In this document: positions 63,088-64,000 of the stretch, in pieces
Position numbering within the stretch: the stretch's first letter is position 1
How the letters are laid out: each line of letters opens with the position of its first letter
NCBI GenBank assembly: GCA_028292225.1
Contig: JAQGMV010000106.1
Location: 16,494-80,493 of the forward strand
DNA from: Betaproteobacteria bacterium
Lineage (GTDB): Bacteria > Pseudomonadota > Gammaproteobacteria > Burkholderiales > SG8-41
Direction: 5' to 3'
DNA length: 64,000 nucleotides
The notes under the pieces: model-generated
What the model saw: only the letters and a program-made list of their open reading frames with translations
The model's database searches: none
What the model was told of the DNA's origin: nothing
Position numbers and translations under genes: made by a program

Positions 63088-63463
63088 GCAGCCTCCTTCT
63101 TCGAAATCTCTATTTTCAATCCACGCGAGCACCGGGCCGGTTGTCGACGATGACCCGCTGCTTCCCGTTTCGGTGAATTCCTGCGCGAGATACCGCGCGG
63201 TGATGTCCGGGCACGGCGAAAAGCGCGGGTGTGCGAACACCGAGGTCGGGCATCGGGCGGATCGCTGCAAAAAAAGTCCGCCCGACTATACAGCGCGACC
63301 GTCGCCCGCGCCAACAGCGCTGCCTCAGCGGCACTGCGGTCTACACGAAGAAAGGGGAGGTTCAGGAAGGGAAACCTTGGTTTCCATCTTTGGCGTTCAC
63401 CGCCCCGGAAGGTGGCTCGCAGGGCCCACCTCTTCGGCGTTCACCGGCGAGCGCGCGTAGCGC

Positions 63464-64000
63464 TCAGTGTATCGTGCGGCGCGCGGCCGGAGACGCGAGA
63501 AGATCGATGAGGACGCGCAGATCGACCGGCTTGACCAGGTGATGATCGAAACCCGCCGCTTTCGAGCGGTGACGGTCTTCTTCCTGGCCCCAGCCGGTCA
63601 CTGCGATGATCAGGAGGTCGGCCGAGGTCTCGCGCAAGGCCGCCGCAACTTTGTAGCCGTTCATCCGCGGCATGCCGATGTCGAGAATCACGACCTGCGG
63701 ATCGAAGCGCCTGACTTCCTCGAGCGCCTCGACGCCGTCATGCACGGTGCGCACGTCGTGTCCCTGCATGCCGAGCAGAGCTGCGAGGGTGAGCGCCGCG
63801 TCGACATTATCGTCCGCAATGACGACGCGCAACCGCTCGAAACCCGCCACATCAGGATCGGGTTGTCCGGATGCGTCCCAGCCCGAAGACCCGGTCAGCG
63901 GCTCGCGCATGGCGGACTCGCTCCCGGAAGATTCCAGCGAGGCTGCCGTGAAACGTTGGTCATGCGGCTTCGATCCCATGTTGCTTGAAAGAAAAGGTGA
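63464..64000 (-). CDS. receiver (REC) domain, probably the C-terminus of a hybrid histidine kinase that continues beyond the right window edge
   Basis: REC domain: LRVVIADDNVDAAL, VILDIGMPRMNG, IIAVTGW, HLVKPV. The frame stays open upstream of the first ATG (63979) to the window end (STFSFKQ). A Ser/Gly-rich linker precedes the REC, as in hybrid kinases. A stand-alone CheY-like protein starting at 63979 is the alternative. Confidence 0.7.
   Translation of the reverse strand, partial: SPFLSSNMGSKPHDQRFTAASLESSGSESAMREPLTGSSGWDASGQPDPDVAGFERLRVVIADDNVDAALTLAALLGMQGHDVRTVHDGVEALEEVRRFDPQVVILDIGMPRMNGYKVAAALRETSADLLIIAVTGWGQEEDRHRSKAAGFDHHLVKPVDLRVLIDLLASPAARRTIH

Noticed and set aside
63065-63542. 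Track ORFs in the 376-bp spacer (63065..63460, 63229..63510, 63231..63542, 63084..63314, 63116..63334).
   Set aside because: They are mutually overlapping in several frames, have no motifs or RBS, and partly translate repeat elements. The region is treated as intergenic/regulatory.
1-64000. Looked for rRNA, tRNA, tmRNA and known riboswitch consensus, especially c-di-GMP riboswitches given the gene content.
   Set aside because: Nothing resembling cloverleaf acceptor/T-arm pairs, rRNA conserved blocks or GEMM-type motifs was recognised by eye. This is a weak negative, and an Infernal/tRNAscan run is needed to be sure.

Overview
High-GC chromosomal segment (by eye about two-thirds G+C). It is probably from a Burkholderiales-type Betaproteobacterium; this is an inference from three Bug/TctC-family binding proteins and several REP-like palindrome families. 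About 50 protein-coding genes can be supported. I saw no rRNA, tRNA, CRISPR array, transposase, integrase or phage gene. The main theme is signal transduction. There are four intact GGDEF proteins, three of which also carry EAL, plus one REC-HD-GYP with degenerate catalytic residues and one GGDEF relic. There are also five histidine kinases, a sixth probable kinase cut by the right edge, and two NarL-type regulators. The most unusual unit is a minus-strand block at 23573-34181 containing seven signalling genes. Its last three genes have overlapping stop and start codons: a 1293-aa REC-PAS-GAF-GGDEF-EAL-REC protein, a sensorless REC-kinase, and the degenerate REC-HD-GYP. The rest of the window is housekeeping or accessory: PPK2, NAD(P)HX dehydratase, PanE, a class-I flavoprotein disulfide reductase, a TAT-Rieske protein next to SodC, and a DksA-like protein. 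It also holds an M23 peptidase, a Bug-centred catabolic cluster, a TonB-dependent receptor with a PepSY partner, and a TetR-controlled RND efflux operon. Other points worth a second look are a lower-GC islet with a sigma-like orphan next to a 3'-truncated PAP2 gene, two decayed gene relics, three REP-like repeat families, a 7-bp tandem repeat, and two sub-60-aa ORFs missing from the ORF track. All family assignments come from motifs read by eye. No searches were run.
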